Below are positions 1 through 9,045 of a stretch of 28,923 nucleotides of DNA, piece after piece. The translations under genes were made by a program, and so were the position numbers. How positions within the stretch are numbered: position 1 is the first letter of the stretch; the number at the start of each line of letters is the position of its first letter. The DNA is taken from the NCBI GenBank assembly GCA_043803945.1, contig JAZDJN010000047.1, positions 1-28,923 of the forward strand, in the 5' to 3' direction. Source of the stretch: a bacterium. Lineage in GTDB: Bacteria; Bacteroidota; Ignavibacteria; UBA10030. The notes beneath the pieces are model-generated. The model was not told the DNA's origin and made no database searches. It saw nothing but the letters and a program-made list of their open reading frames with translations.

Positions 1-140
1 TGCGCAAAACCATCGGAATGGAAGGACAAAAGAACTAAATCGAAACGACGTTACAGTTACGCTAAACTACTAAATATACGGGCTTGGAAGGTGGGTAAAA
101 ATAATTGTCGTTGGTGGGTAATTTTAATTGACGTTGATCA
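1..140 (+). mobile_element. Right end of a probable IS21-family insertion sequence (terminal repeat region; possibly the last codons of istB at 1..38)
   Basis: Tandem 23-bp repeats GGTGGGTAAAAATAATTGTCGTT (90-112) and GGTGGGTAATTTTAATTGACGTT (113-135) match at 19/23 and are followed by GATCA, ending in CA at 140. Terminal CA with internal tandem repeats is the IS21 end architecture. Bases 1-38 read (M/L)RKTIGMEGQKN*, compatible with an IstB tail. The adjacent ORF stops exactly at this boundary. Confidence 0.7.
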
Positions 141-782
141 ATTGACAGCACCTTTCCCTCGGGTGGTATTGTGGTACTGGAATATAGCTCTCCATGCGGT
201 ACTATCGCTTATCTGACCTGTAAGACTGCGCAAAGCGGTTGAAACCATACTATCGATGATTGATTGGTTGTTATTCTCGGGCATAAACCATGCGTGGCCG
301 ACAGCGCTTGGATTACAGTTCTCATTTGTTGCATTCGGATTGTGAACCCATACGACTCTACCCGGAAATATTCCTTTTGCGATACCAATGGGTTCATACG
401 GATTGACGGTCGCATTGACCGTTAACTGCACATCCTGTTGAAACACATCACGATCAATCAAATAAAAACCGCTCACTCCGAACACGGCGAAGGAGCCAAG
501 AAAAAATGCTGGATAATAACGGATGGTTTTCTTCGAGAGGAGGAGGGCCATTGCTGATACGGCCAGCATCGCAAGGTAACCTACAAATCCTGACGCGATG
601 GGTAAGGCAGTTTTAACACAAGGGTAACTCAAGCGGCTCGGTTTAGGGAGTACTCGAATCAGCACCCAAACCATTGCAGCCAAGCCAACTAATGGGAACA
701 GGAAACAGGTTATATTCCTCAATGGTTTAAAGCCTGTATATCTCCCTGTTTTGGGACAAACTCGAAAATATTTTTTTAACAT
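138..782 (-). pseudogene. N-terminal part of a DUF362-type membrane-anchored protein, truncated by IS insertion
   Basis: 214-aa ORF with hydrophobic N-terminal segments and the motifs [13 protein letters not shown] and PIGIAKGIFPGRVVWVHNPNAT, which I recognise from much longer DUF362-domain proteins. Its TGA stop (138-140) is formed by the IS terminus. Confidence 0.65.
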
Positions 783-813
783 TTTTTATCCTGAACGTAA
801 TTGCTCTGTAAGA

Positions 814-873
814 TCTCCACGCCTGCCTGCCGCTTTGCCCGACGAAGGAGGGCAGGCAGGGATGACACACCGA
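814..873. repeat. REP-like palindromic element CCTGCCTGCC...GGCAGGCAGG inside a CCAC-GATGACACACCGA repeat
   Basis: CCTGCCTGCC (822-831) pairs with GGCAGGCAGG (851-860). The flanks TCTCCACG and GATGACACACCGA recur in inverted orientation at 10256-10295. Confidence 0.75.
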
Positions 874-1239
874 TGTACTCCGATAAGGATTTTATTTGTT
901 CTTTCTTCGAAAAAGATCTTATACTTTTCGCGCATGCCGATGCGTCCGGATCATGGCCACCTGATGACACCGGATAAACACAGGGAAGGTATCTATCCGG
1001 GGTATTCTCTCTTCGGAAGAATGCGGGGCCTGGCCGAATTACGCGGTATGGAGATGGGAATCAGACGATCCCTCGGTTTAGATTGATCTTCGCAAAGAAA
1101 AAAAACGCAGTGGGGTGCAGTTCCTCTGTGTGTGTAACGACCTGCAATCAACAACATACTCGATTCTTTTCAGAAGGTGAAATTGAATAAATGCAAATAC
1201 TAGTTCTCGCACGGAGAGCCGCAACTGAGCATTTGTGGA

Positions 1240-2565
1240 CTAACTCATCTCAAATTCTTTTATTTCGGGTACGAGTAAATTAAAGACGAACAACGCAATC
1301 ATGTATGCTGAGCCGGCAATAATGAACAGGATGAGGTAACTTCCGGTGAGCTGAAGAATTACGCCCGCGGCTGTGGCAATTAACATACCACCGATTGATC
1401 CGGCCATACCACCAAGACCGACCACCGAGCCAATAGCTTTTTTCGGAAACATATCTGACACCGTGGTAAATAAGTTCGCCGACCACCCTTGGTGAGCTGC
1501 AGAGGCAAGTCCAATCAGGAAGACAGCCCACCATTGCGATACGGTCGATGCGAACACGATCGGAGTGATCAGGAGAGCACAAAGAAGCATGACACGCTTT
1601 CTGCCCTTGTTGATACTCCAGCCCCGTTTGATAAATGCACCCGAGAGCCATCCTCCACCGATACTGCCGATGCTTGTCATGGTGTAGATGATGATCAGCG
1701 GCAAGCCCAATTGCACCAGGTCCAGATTGTATCGCTGATGGAGGAATTTCGGAAGCCAATAAATATAGAACCACCAGATCGGGTCGGTCAGAAATTTTCC
1801 CATGACAAATGCCCATGTTTGGCGATACCGTAAGAGGCTCGCCCAGGGGATTTTTTCCGATGTTGTTTCTGATGGATCGCTTCGAATAAATGCGATCTCT
1901 TCTCTGGTGACCTTCTTGTGTTTTTCTGGCACTTCGTATAACCACAACCAAAATATAAGCCAGACGAATCCAAGCAAGCCTGTAAAGATGAATGCCTCCT
2001 GCCAACCCCATGTGACAGTGAGCCATGGCACGACAATCGGTACAAGTAGTGCTCCGATATTGGCACCGGAGTTAAACAATCCGGTTGCCAGCGCGCGCTC
2101 TTTTTTAGGAAACCACTCAGCAGTAGTTTTTATCGCGGCTGGAAAATTCCCGGATTCCCCCAGTCCCAAAGCAAATCGAGCAAGTCCGAAGCCGAAGACT
2201 GAACTTGCCAGGGCGTGGGACATTGCTGCGAAGCTCCAAAAAATTACAGAAAGAGAGAAACCGATTTTCGTTCCAATTTTATCGATATACCTGCCAACGA
2301 AAAGGAGTCCGATCGCATAAGCAGCGGTGAAGGCTGTCACAATGTAACCGTACTCGATTTCAGTCCAGCCGATTTCTACCTGTAAAACGGGGGCAAGCAG
2401 GCCTAAAACCTGCCTATCGACATAGTTGATCGTTGTAGCAAAGAACAACAATGCACATACTGCCCAGCGATATGAGCCTACTCCTCCGTCACTAGCGGGG
2501 GATGGAAAGGGATTTGACTCTGTTCGTGTAGGATTGATTTCGTTCAAAGGTTTTTTCGATCTCAT
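1240..2565 (-). CDS. exuT: MFS hexuronate transporter (ExuT-like, ACS family)
   Basis: 441 aa with about 12 hydrophobic helices. Motifs YRW..CALLFFATTINYVDRQ, GESGNFPAAIKTTAEWFPKKERA, FLTDPIWWFY and AAHQGWSANLFT. Confidence 0.88.
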   Translation of the reverse strand: MRSKKPLNEINPTRTESNPFPSPASDGGVGSYRWAVCALLFFATTINYVDRQVLGLLAPVLQVEIGWTEIEYGYIVTAFTAAYAIGLLFVGRYIDKIGTKIGFSLSVIFWSFAAMSHALASSVFGFGLARFALGLGESGNFPAAIKTTAEWFPKKERALATGLFNSGANIGALLVPIVVPWLTVTWGWQEAFIFTGLLGFVWLIFWLWLYEVPEKHKKVTREEIAFIRSDPSETTSEKIPWASLLRYRQTWAFVMGKFLTDPIWWFYIYWLPKFLHQRYNLDLVQLGLPLIIIYTMTSIGSIGGGWLSGAFIKRGWSINKGRKRVMLLCALLITPIVFASTVSQWWAVFLIGLASAAHQGWSANLFTTVSDMFPKKAIGSVVGLGGMAGSIGGMLIATAAGVILQLTGSYLILFIIAGSAYMIALFVFNLLVPEIKEFEMS

Positions 2566-2619
2566 AATTGTTTAAAGATTCTTTTGTTGGATTCCTCGCG
2601 TCATCATTAAATGGCTAGG

Positions 2620-4881
2620 TTATCTGAGCAGCATCATTTTTCTCGTCTCAGATGAATTCCCGACTGTTATCCTGTAAAAATACACACCGGAAGGCAGCCC
2701 CTGAGAATTCCAGATAGTGCGATGGATACCCGCCGGGAGTTCCTTCTGCACCAATACTGCAATCTCTCTGCCTAACAGATCCACAACGTTGACGCTGACG
2801 TAACTACGTGTTGGTAACTGGAAGGAGATAGTGGTCGTCGGATTGAATGGATTCGGATAGTTTTGATCTACCTTGAATTTTTCTGGCAAGACATGGTTTT
2901 CTTCCACTTGAACAACACTGCTTTGATTAACGGGAGCATAACTGACACCGTCATACCATGTTCGCGTTATATCACCTGCCATTGTGCTCGTTGTGCCCAA
3001 TCGGGTGGCTTCGTCATCTATGTAGACCTCAATACTCTTGTTTGTTGTCACCTCTACTCGACCGAGATATGCCTGGTAGAGATATGTGTTGCCGCTGCCG
3101 GCAAGAACAAGTCTCGCTTCATGATCGCCATCTTCTACCTCTTTGCATGCCATCGATCTGAAAATTTGCATTTTGTCTGCAGCAAGACCAGCTTTAATTC
3201 GCCAATCTGCTGTTTTCAGAGGAATTCCCCAGAAATTAACCCATACATCGTACGTTCCTGCGTCATGTAAATCTATCTGTGTTTTTAGAGCAGGAGCATT
3301 TTCACCAGCAGTTAGTTCAGCAGATGTAAGAACAGTTCCACCATTACCCTGACCAGTCCGGAGATGCCACTTGCTATCCATTGTTCCAGCACTTGTATCC
3401 GGACCGGTAGTTACCAGTGCAGCTCCGTCTGCAAATGTTGTGTTTGAAGTTGTCGCATCAACATAATTTTTCTTTCCAATGGTCTCCAAGCGCCTATCCA
3501 AAATACCGACAACAGCCGCATCGAAATTCTGGGCACTTGTGTAAGTTCCACGGCACCATACTAAAGCCGTGTTATTATTATCCCAAAGTGGAACAACCGG
3601 ACGGAAATTATCACGAACAGATTTTTGCGTAATCGGTGTCCATGTCCAGATTGCACCATGATTGGCTGTCACCCCTTTCCAAATTTCACGTACTCCTAAA
3701 CTAATTGAAGTATCACGTGGATCATTGGGTGTTGATATATATAGCGTATTAGGATCGTTGGGACATAAAGCTCCTAAGCCTGTATAGTCTTCTTCAGAGG
3801 AATAAAATTTCAATCCAGCTTTCCCTAAGTATGTGTATGACCACCTGGTACCATCATAGCGGCAGTAAATGAAAGCATGTTCTGGATTTGCTATCGGTGC
3901 CACATTATATCCATTGCTGAAACTTTGATTTGTGCGTGCTGTTATGATCGTCGCAATAGAACCATCATTGTATCTCATAAGGTCTGCCTGCCAACAGCGT
4001 CTCATTGTATCATTTCCAATAATGGTATTATTGCCAAAGACTTTTGTGAAATTCCAGAATGCAGGTATAAAGGTCGTATCGGTAATATCATTGTCCGCAA
4101 GCGTTCCATCCGATGCATATGCTTTGCCACCTTTGATATATCCATGATAAATACTCGTCAATGTATCGCGTGGATGCTGCTCAGTGAAGACGAAATCAAT
4201 GCGGTCAATGCCGTTACTCCAGTATTTATAATATCCTTTATTGTACGAGCTGCTGGTATTTGTGGTTAATTGACCGCCCCATGACCATGTATCACCCAAG
4301 TCGTTCGATATAAGAAAATTGGGAGCTCGGTGATTCGCTCGTTGAAAATCGTACATCCGATTTTCCGCTGATAGATAGTAGACATTATTATAGGCAAGAG
4401 TATAATCAATACCTCCCGGCTTAGTTCTCCAATCGTAGGTTTTTTCAGGAGCCCATGTCGTACCATCAAATATTCGATACCGAGTTACATTATTATCATA
4501 ATGCTGATCATACATCGCAAGATACTTTCCATCGGGGCGGACAATAAGTCCAGCAGAATTGTGATCATCGGGACTGGTTGTCCACAGAATGTATCTCTTC
4601 GAAGTTGCCGTCTGTATATCAAAAATCACAGCATCATTTGCTCCGTTGCGCGCCGAACCGCCTACTCCTCCTCCATATGCGGCAGAACCGAGAATCAGTT
4701 TACTGTTGTTAATATCGATAATCACTCGTTCGTCCTGGAACCAGCACCAAAAACCATTATCGTTGAATTGTATCAGATTGCCCTTCACAAGATCCCGTGC
4801 GGTTTGACCATAACTCGAGGGTGAGGAGAGTGGCAGAAGAAGTATCAGGAGTAGGATCGACGTGCAGAGATTATTTTGCAT
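2620..4881 (-). CDS. Secreted BNR-4 repeat (beta-propeller) protein with T9SS type A C-terminal sorting domain
   Basis: Signal peptide; NDNGFWCWFQDER; DDHN motif; Asp-box-like repeats SNDLGDTW and TANHGAIW; C-terminal QNYPNPFNPTTTISF...SGVYFYRI...TRKMMLLR. ATG at 4881 preferred over the track's TTG at 4899. Confidence 0.8.
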   Translation of the reverse strand: MQNNLCTSILLLILLLPLSSPSSYGQTARDLVKGNLIQFNDNGFWCWFQDERVIIDINNSKLILGSAAYGGGVGGSARNGANDAVIFDIQTATSKRYILWTTSPDDHNSAGLIVRPDGKYLAMYDQHYDNNVTRYRIFDGTTWAPEKTYDWRTKPGGIDYTLAYNNVYYLSAENRMYDFQRANHRAPNFLISNDLGDTWSWGGQLTTNTSSSYNKGYYKYWSNGIDRIDFVFTEQHPRDTLTSIYHGYIKGGKAYASDGTLADNDITDTTFIPAFWNFTKVFGNNTIIGNDTMRRCWQADLMRYNDGSIATIITARTNQSFSNGYNVAPIANPEHAFIYCRYDGTRWSYTYLGKAGLKFYSSEEDYTGLGALCPNDPNTLYISTPNDPRDTSISLGVREIWKGVTANHGAIWTWTPITQKSVRDNFRPVVPLWDNNNTALVWCRGTYTSAQNFDAAVVGILDRRLETIGKKNYVDATTSNTTFADGAALVTTGPDTSAGTMDSKWHLRTGQGNGGTVLTSAELTAGENAPALKTQIDLHDAGTYDVWVNFWGIPLKTADWRIKAGLAADKMQIFRSMACKEVEDGDHEARLVLAGSGNTYLYQAYLGRVEVTTNKSIEVYIDDEATRLGTTSTMAGDITRTWYDGVSYAPVNQSSVVQVEENHVLPEKFKVDQNYPNPFNPTTTISFQLPTRSYVSVNVVDLLGREIAVLVQKELPAGIHRTIWNSQGLPSGVYFYRITVGNSSETRKMMLLR

Positions 4882-4969
4882 TGAGGAACTTTCGATCAAT
4901 ATATTATCAGAAAAAACGAGTTGTGAGAGGCAACATTATGATAGAAATCTGGATTTTTATCAGTTCAAT

Positions 4970-5015
4970 TATTATTGAACCGATTCAATAATACAACAAA
5001 CCATCCTTAAATCAA
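4970..5015 (-). promoter_or_regulatory. Sigma70-type promoter with overlapping LacI-family operator upstream of the BNR-4/exuT genes
   Basis: Near-perfect palindrome TATTATTGAACCGATTCAATAATA (4970-4993, core TTGAACCGATTCAA at 4975-4988). The minus strand reads TTGATT-N16-TATTAT running into it. Confidence 0.7.
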
Positions 5016-5121
5016 ATACGCGTCAAATAAAAATACCGGGCTAAATATTAATTTCTTTCCTTATCATATGAATATGAATGTGCGCTCCGCGTTTTCTTTT
5101 CTTGTCTATCTTGTACTTTTT

Positions 5122-7626
5122 CTATCTATTGTTAAGCAAATCGTTTACCGCATTCACTAAGAAAATATAACTTGAACCCATATTGATGACATATTCATTC
5201 TCTCCCCACAAAAAGGGCCAGTCGTCCTTACTTTCAGGGAAATCAGGTTTGAGAATCAGAACTCCTGGGACGATACCACCGGCGATAAATGAGAAGTCAG
5301 CACGGTTGTTCCCATAGGCAACACGTTTCGACACGGTCCCAACACCTGAGACGAATGAGGTATTCGATCCGGGATGACAGCCATAGAGATAGTTCAATCC
5401 AGCAAAAACGTGTTCCTTATCGATGAGGTGTGGAAACACTTTGTGGAGATGATAAGTTGTGAGGGCAAATCCCATCACCGTACCACCTCCAGCCCATCCA
5501 GTTGTGGTAATAGGAACTCCAAATGGGTTCTGTTTGATGAGGTCGCTAAGTGTTCTGTTGTAGTTGTGAGCAAAGGACTCGATCTGTTTCTTAAATCCTT
5601 CATCCATAAACGGCAGGGCACGAAGTGCCGGTACAGCATTCAAGCTAAATCGATTTTCAATTGCCGGCAGCAGTTCGTGGATTCTTTTTGCATACGTTGC
5701 GTTGCGTGTGCAAATCAATAACTCAACTGCCGCTTTCAATGCTTCGTCCTCTAATCTCCCTCCGGTCGTATTACCATGGGAGAAGATGTTTGGTGGATGG
5801 GTCTGTTCCTCATCCCAGACTCGTATCGCCGTTGCAAGACATTCTTCGGCGAGGGTATCGTTGAATCCGCGGAGTACGCGGCTGGCTGCTGCCAGGGCTG
5901 CGATCGATCCATAATTCAATGGTGTCGATTTGGTGGTAAATGCCCATCGGTCATCGTAGGTGCTGCTTGTCAATCCATCCGCTGATGAGGACTTCAGCGC
6001 TGGAGCATAAACAAGGTTATCCGTTATCGTTATGGCATCACCCAAGTGTGTGTATTGAGAAAGAGAAGAAACGATGATTCCCGGAATCGCATGGCCAATG
6101 GATCGATGTTGTGCTATGAGAGCGAGAGTCCCATGCTCTATTTGCTGCAGGACATCGGGTTTCCTGTCAGGCATGTGAATATCGACGTACCGCCGTTGTT
6201 GATCGATTGTCGTCTGATCTCTCGTGGGTTTGAACGCTTCCCATGTGTAAACCAGGCTTAGCACAGTTTGGTACTGTGTTTGTGTCCGGATATCATGATC
6301 CCCGGCATCGTACCATCCTCCAATATTCAAGCCTGGGATATGTTCTCCCGGTGTGTATGGTGAATCTGTTGTAGGCCCTTGAGCGTAGAGATCAAAATGG
6401 AGATGATTGACTGGCGCCTGAAGTGCATCATCGAGATGAGATGCACCATGCCATACTCTGTATGCCTCATTCACAAACATATGATCCATTTGAACAGGGA
6501 AGAAGACATCGAGTGTGGGGTGCCACGCACTGCGATACACATCCTGATCGATGCGGAAGGGTTTGGTATGAAGTGTATCGTATTCGATAATGTAAAGTCC
6601 GCTTTCGCTCACCGGGGAAAAATCGAACCGTGCGTAGCGGTACCTAAGATATGTTCCCCATGGTTGTAGCGAGGCAGTATAGGTTACCTTGTATTCTCCA
6701 CGCTCTGTCACTTTGAGCAATCGTGCTGCGGTGTGCAGTGAATCATTTGCATCAAATTCAATGACGCCTATTTTGTTTTGCTGCGGGTGATAACCGAGTT
6801 GTGAATGAGCAATCATCGGCGCTCGTTTCCAGCCTGGTATTGTTGTTGCGGTGAGCAGCCATCTTAACACTGTTCCCGTTGTGCCGGAAGGGAGGAGCGA
6901 TCGGACGACAAACCATCCATTCTGTGCTTTATTCCGGCCGTCATACAATGCGATGGTTCCATCGATTCCGCTGATTGTTACATGACGTTCAGGATCTTCC
7001 GGGGCGAACACTATCTGCCTGCCCGTAACAATTGGCTTTGGTTCGACTGTACCCCATGGTGTTTGTTCCATCGGGCCACCAGGATAAAGTGGAAAGATTC
7101 CACTCTTGCCATCCATGATGTACCCTTTTTCGAAATATGCAGAGGGAAGAAATTCCAGGTTCAGTCCTGCTCTACCCTCTAGCCCCGGGGGAAGCGGCTT
7201 TTGAAAATGAACACTGATCAGTATTCCCTCTTTGACTGATTCTGTTTTGATCGTGTACTCAAAGCCATAGTGCGGGTAGGAGAGAGATGCTTCTATGCTA
7301 TTGGTTTCTCTGTTTATTGTGCGCCGTACAAATTTCGGTAGAGAATCCCATTGCTCTGGCGTTGGATTTAACCGGACATCTCCGTTTGTAGCGGTTCTCA
7401 CACCATGATGGATAATCTCGATGCCACTGATCTTTGCATCGCTGAAGTTCCCGTCGTACCAATTACTGAAGACCAAGACATTCAGGCCGCGCGCTTCATA
7501 ATATTCGCGATCGTTTAATCTTAGTTGCGCCGTCGTTCCTTGCGCAAGACAACCTCCTGGTACGAAAAAAATAAGTGCTACTGCACTTCCTACGACCTCG
7601 AATAATCTAACAAGAAGTTTTCGCAT
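5122..7626 (-). CDS. Glycoside hydrolase family 9 protein (signal peptide, long N-terminal domain, Ig-like CelD_N, GH9 catalytic domain)
   Basis: 834 aa. HSQLGYHP marks the Ig-like domain start, GGWYDAGD is the GH9 catalytic-base motif, and C-terminal WGENEYVIN carries the catalytic acid. Confidence 0.85.
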   Translation of the reverse strand: MRKLLVRLFEVVGSAVALIFFVPGGCLAQGTTAQLRLNDREYYEARGLNVLVFSNWYDGNFSDAKISGIEIIHHGVRTATNGDVRLNPTPEQWDSLPKFVRRTINRETNSIEASLSYPHYGFEYTIKTESVKEGILISVHFQKPLPPGLEGRAGLNLEFLPSAYFEKGYIMDGKSGIFPLYPGGPMEQTPWGTVEPKPIVTGRQIVFAPEDPERHVTISGIDGTIALYDGRNKAQNGWFVVRSLLPSGTTGTVLRWLLTATTIPGWKRAPMIAHSQLGYHPQQNKIGVIEFDANDSLHTAARLLKVTERGEYKVTYTASLQPWGTYLRYRYARFDFSPVSESGLYIIEYDTLHTKPFRIDQDVYRSAWHPTLDVFFPVQMDHMFVNEAYRVWHGASHLDDALQAPVNHLHFDLYAQGPTTDSPYTPGEHIPGLNIGGWYDAGDHDIRTQTQYQTVLSLVYTWEAFKPTRDQTTIDQQRRYVDIHMPDRKPDVLQQIEHGTLALIAQHRSIGHAIPGIIVSSLSQYTHLGDAITITDNLVYAPALKSSSADGLTSSTYDDRWAFTTKSTPLNYGSIAALAAASRVLRGFNDTLAEECLATAIRVWDEEQTHPPNIFSHGNTTGGRLEDEALKAAVELLICTRNATYAKRIHELLPAIENRFSLNAVPALRALPFMDEGFKKQIESFAHNYNRTLSDLIKQNPFGVPITTTGWAGGGTVMGFALTTYHLHKVFPHLIDKEHVFAGLNYLYGCHPGSNTSFVSGVGTVSKRVAYGNNRADFSFIAGGIVPGVLILKPDFPESKDDWPFLWGENEYVINMGSSYIFLVNAVNDLLNNR

Positions 7627-7773
7627 AAAAACTCAACCTGCATACGTGAAATAACCGTAGTACATTATATCGTGTGAGAGAATTTTGGCAGGAGTGCAAT
7701 TTGGTGTGTTCAATGCGATTCTCGAAAAAAAGTATTGACACAAGAGTTACTTTCTCACCGCTTTGTCGGGCTC

Positions 7774-9012
7774 TTAAGACTTTTTCGACAATCGAAGCAT
7801 CTCGCTGCCGGCTAAGAGAATGGCGCCGATACCATGAATGTCATTGAGTGGCGTTGGCCGTTGATAATAATGAACGAGATCGTCGCTTACAACGGTACCG
7901 GCGCAGACTCCTTCGACCATACCATCGGAACGTATCCTTGAGAGAATTCCCTCCCATCCACGCTCTGCGATGGAGGCATAGCGCGGCTCGATATAGCCAT
8001 TGTTAACTGCGCGGGCAATCGTGTAGGTAATCATTGCACTGCCAGAAGTCTCCAGATACGAATCAACCTTGTCGAGCAGTTGATGCCATAGTCCGGTTTC
8101 GCTTTGGTACTGTGCAACACCAAAGATGTGCCGGCGAAAGAGAGAAAGCAATCTCTGGCGATGAGGATGATTCTTCGGCAAACGGTCCAAGAGGTCGACC
8201 TGTGCAATCAGGGCCCATCCGTTCGCTCGCCCCCAAAATGCAATACCGGGACGGTTCACATCCGAATACCAACAATGATGCATAATTCCGGTTCTTTCAT
8301 CGAACAGGTACTTTTGAAAGTTAATGACCTGTTGTGCAGCATCATTGAAATAGCGCCTGTCGTGTGTGAGTTCACCCATGCGGGCAAGAAATGAAATGCT
8401 CATATAGAGGTCATCTGCCCAGAGTGTCCACTGATGCGGGAATGACCGGACGAATGTACCGTCCTTCAGCCGCTGCTGGCGCTTCTGCATATGAGAGGCC
8501 GTGAGGTCAATATATTGTTTGTATCTCTCTTGTTGACTGTGCCGATAGACCTCGATGACGCTTGCTCCCATCGCGCCACAATCGTCAAGTTCTTCCATAA
8601 TGAAGAACTCTCCAAAGGGATAATCCCATTTGTTCTCACCCGTATAGTTATTCTGGAAATAGCGGTAGTGATCAAATCCGAAGTCGACGTTTTTGTAAGC
8701 AAAGGAGATATAGGTTGAATCACGGAGCACATCTCCTAATCGCATCATCGCTAAGTTGAGAACACCATTCCAATAGCGCCAATCGGTGTAGGGGCTTTCA
8801 GGTCGCAGTTGAGAGTCTCGTGGTGCTTCGTCAGGAGAGGCAAACCGGGTTCCGCTTTTTTGATCCAGAAATTCGAAGGATGCCTTCTTGAGCACTCCAT
8901 CTGCAATGGAGCGAAGTTTTCGCTCTGTGGACAGAGAGTCCTGCGCCAATGCTGGCAACGACAGGAAGCAGAGAACTCCGATAGTAAAAAGTGAACGATT
9001 ATATGCGATCAT
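7774..9012 (-). CDS. GH105 (GH88/YteR-like) unsaturated uronyl hydrolase
   Basis: Signal peptide; LDDCGAMG, LWADDLYM, FWGRANGW, GLWHQLLD, YLETSGSAM, HGIGAILLA. Confidence 0.88.
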   Translation of the reverse strand: MIAYNRSLFTIGVLCFLSLPALAQDSLSTERKLRSIADGVLKKASFEFLDQKSGTRFASPDEAPRDSQLRPESPYTDWRYWNGVLNLAMMRLGDVLRDSTYISFAYKNVDFGFDHYRYFQNNYTGENKWDYPFGEFFIMEELDDCGAMGASVIEVYRHSQQERYKQYIDLTASHMQKRQQRLKDGTFVRSFPHQWTLWADDLYMSISFLARMGELTHDRRYFNDAAQQVINFQKYLFDERTGIMHHCWYSDVNRPGIAFWGRANGWALIAQVDLLDRLPKNHPHRQRLLSLFRRHIFGVAQYQSETGLWHQLLDKVDSYLETSGSAMITYTIARAVNNGYIEPRYASIAERGWEGILSRIRSDGMVEGVCAGTVVSDDLVHYYQRPTPLNDIHGIGAILLAGSEMLRLSKKS

Positions 9013-9045
9013 TGGTATTGTTCTGTGGCAACGTCGTCGAACGAA

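Noticed and set aside
90-135. CRISPR or iteron reading of the 23-bp tandem repeat
   Set aside because: There are two abutting copies with no spacer, ending at a CA terminus that truncates a gene; an IS end fits better.
751-1086. 111-aa plus-strand and 64-aa minus-strand ORFs
   Set aside because: They are largely translations of the palindromic repeats and show no recognisable domain.
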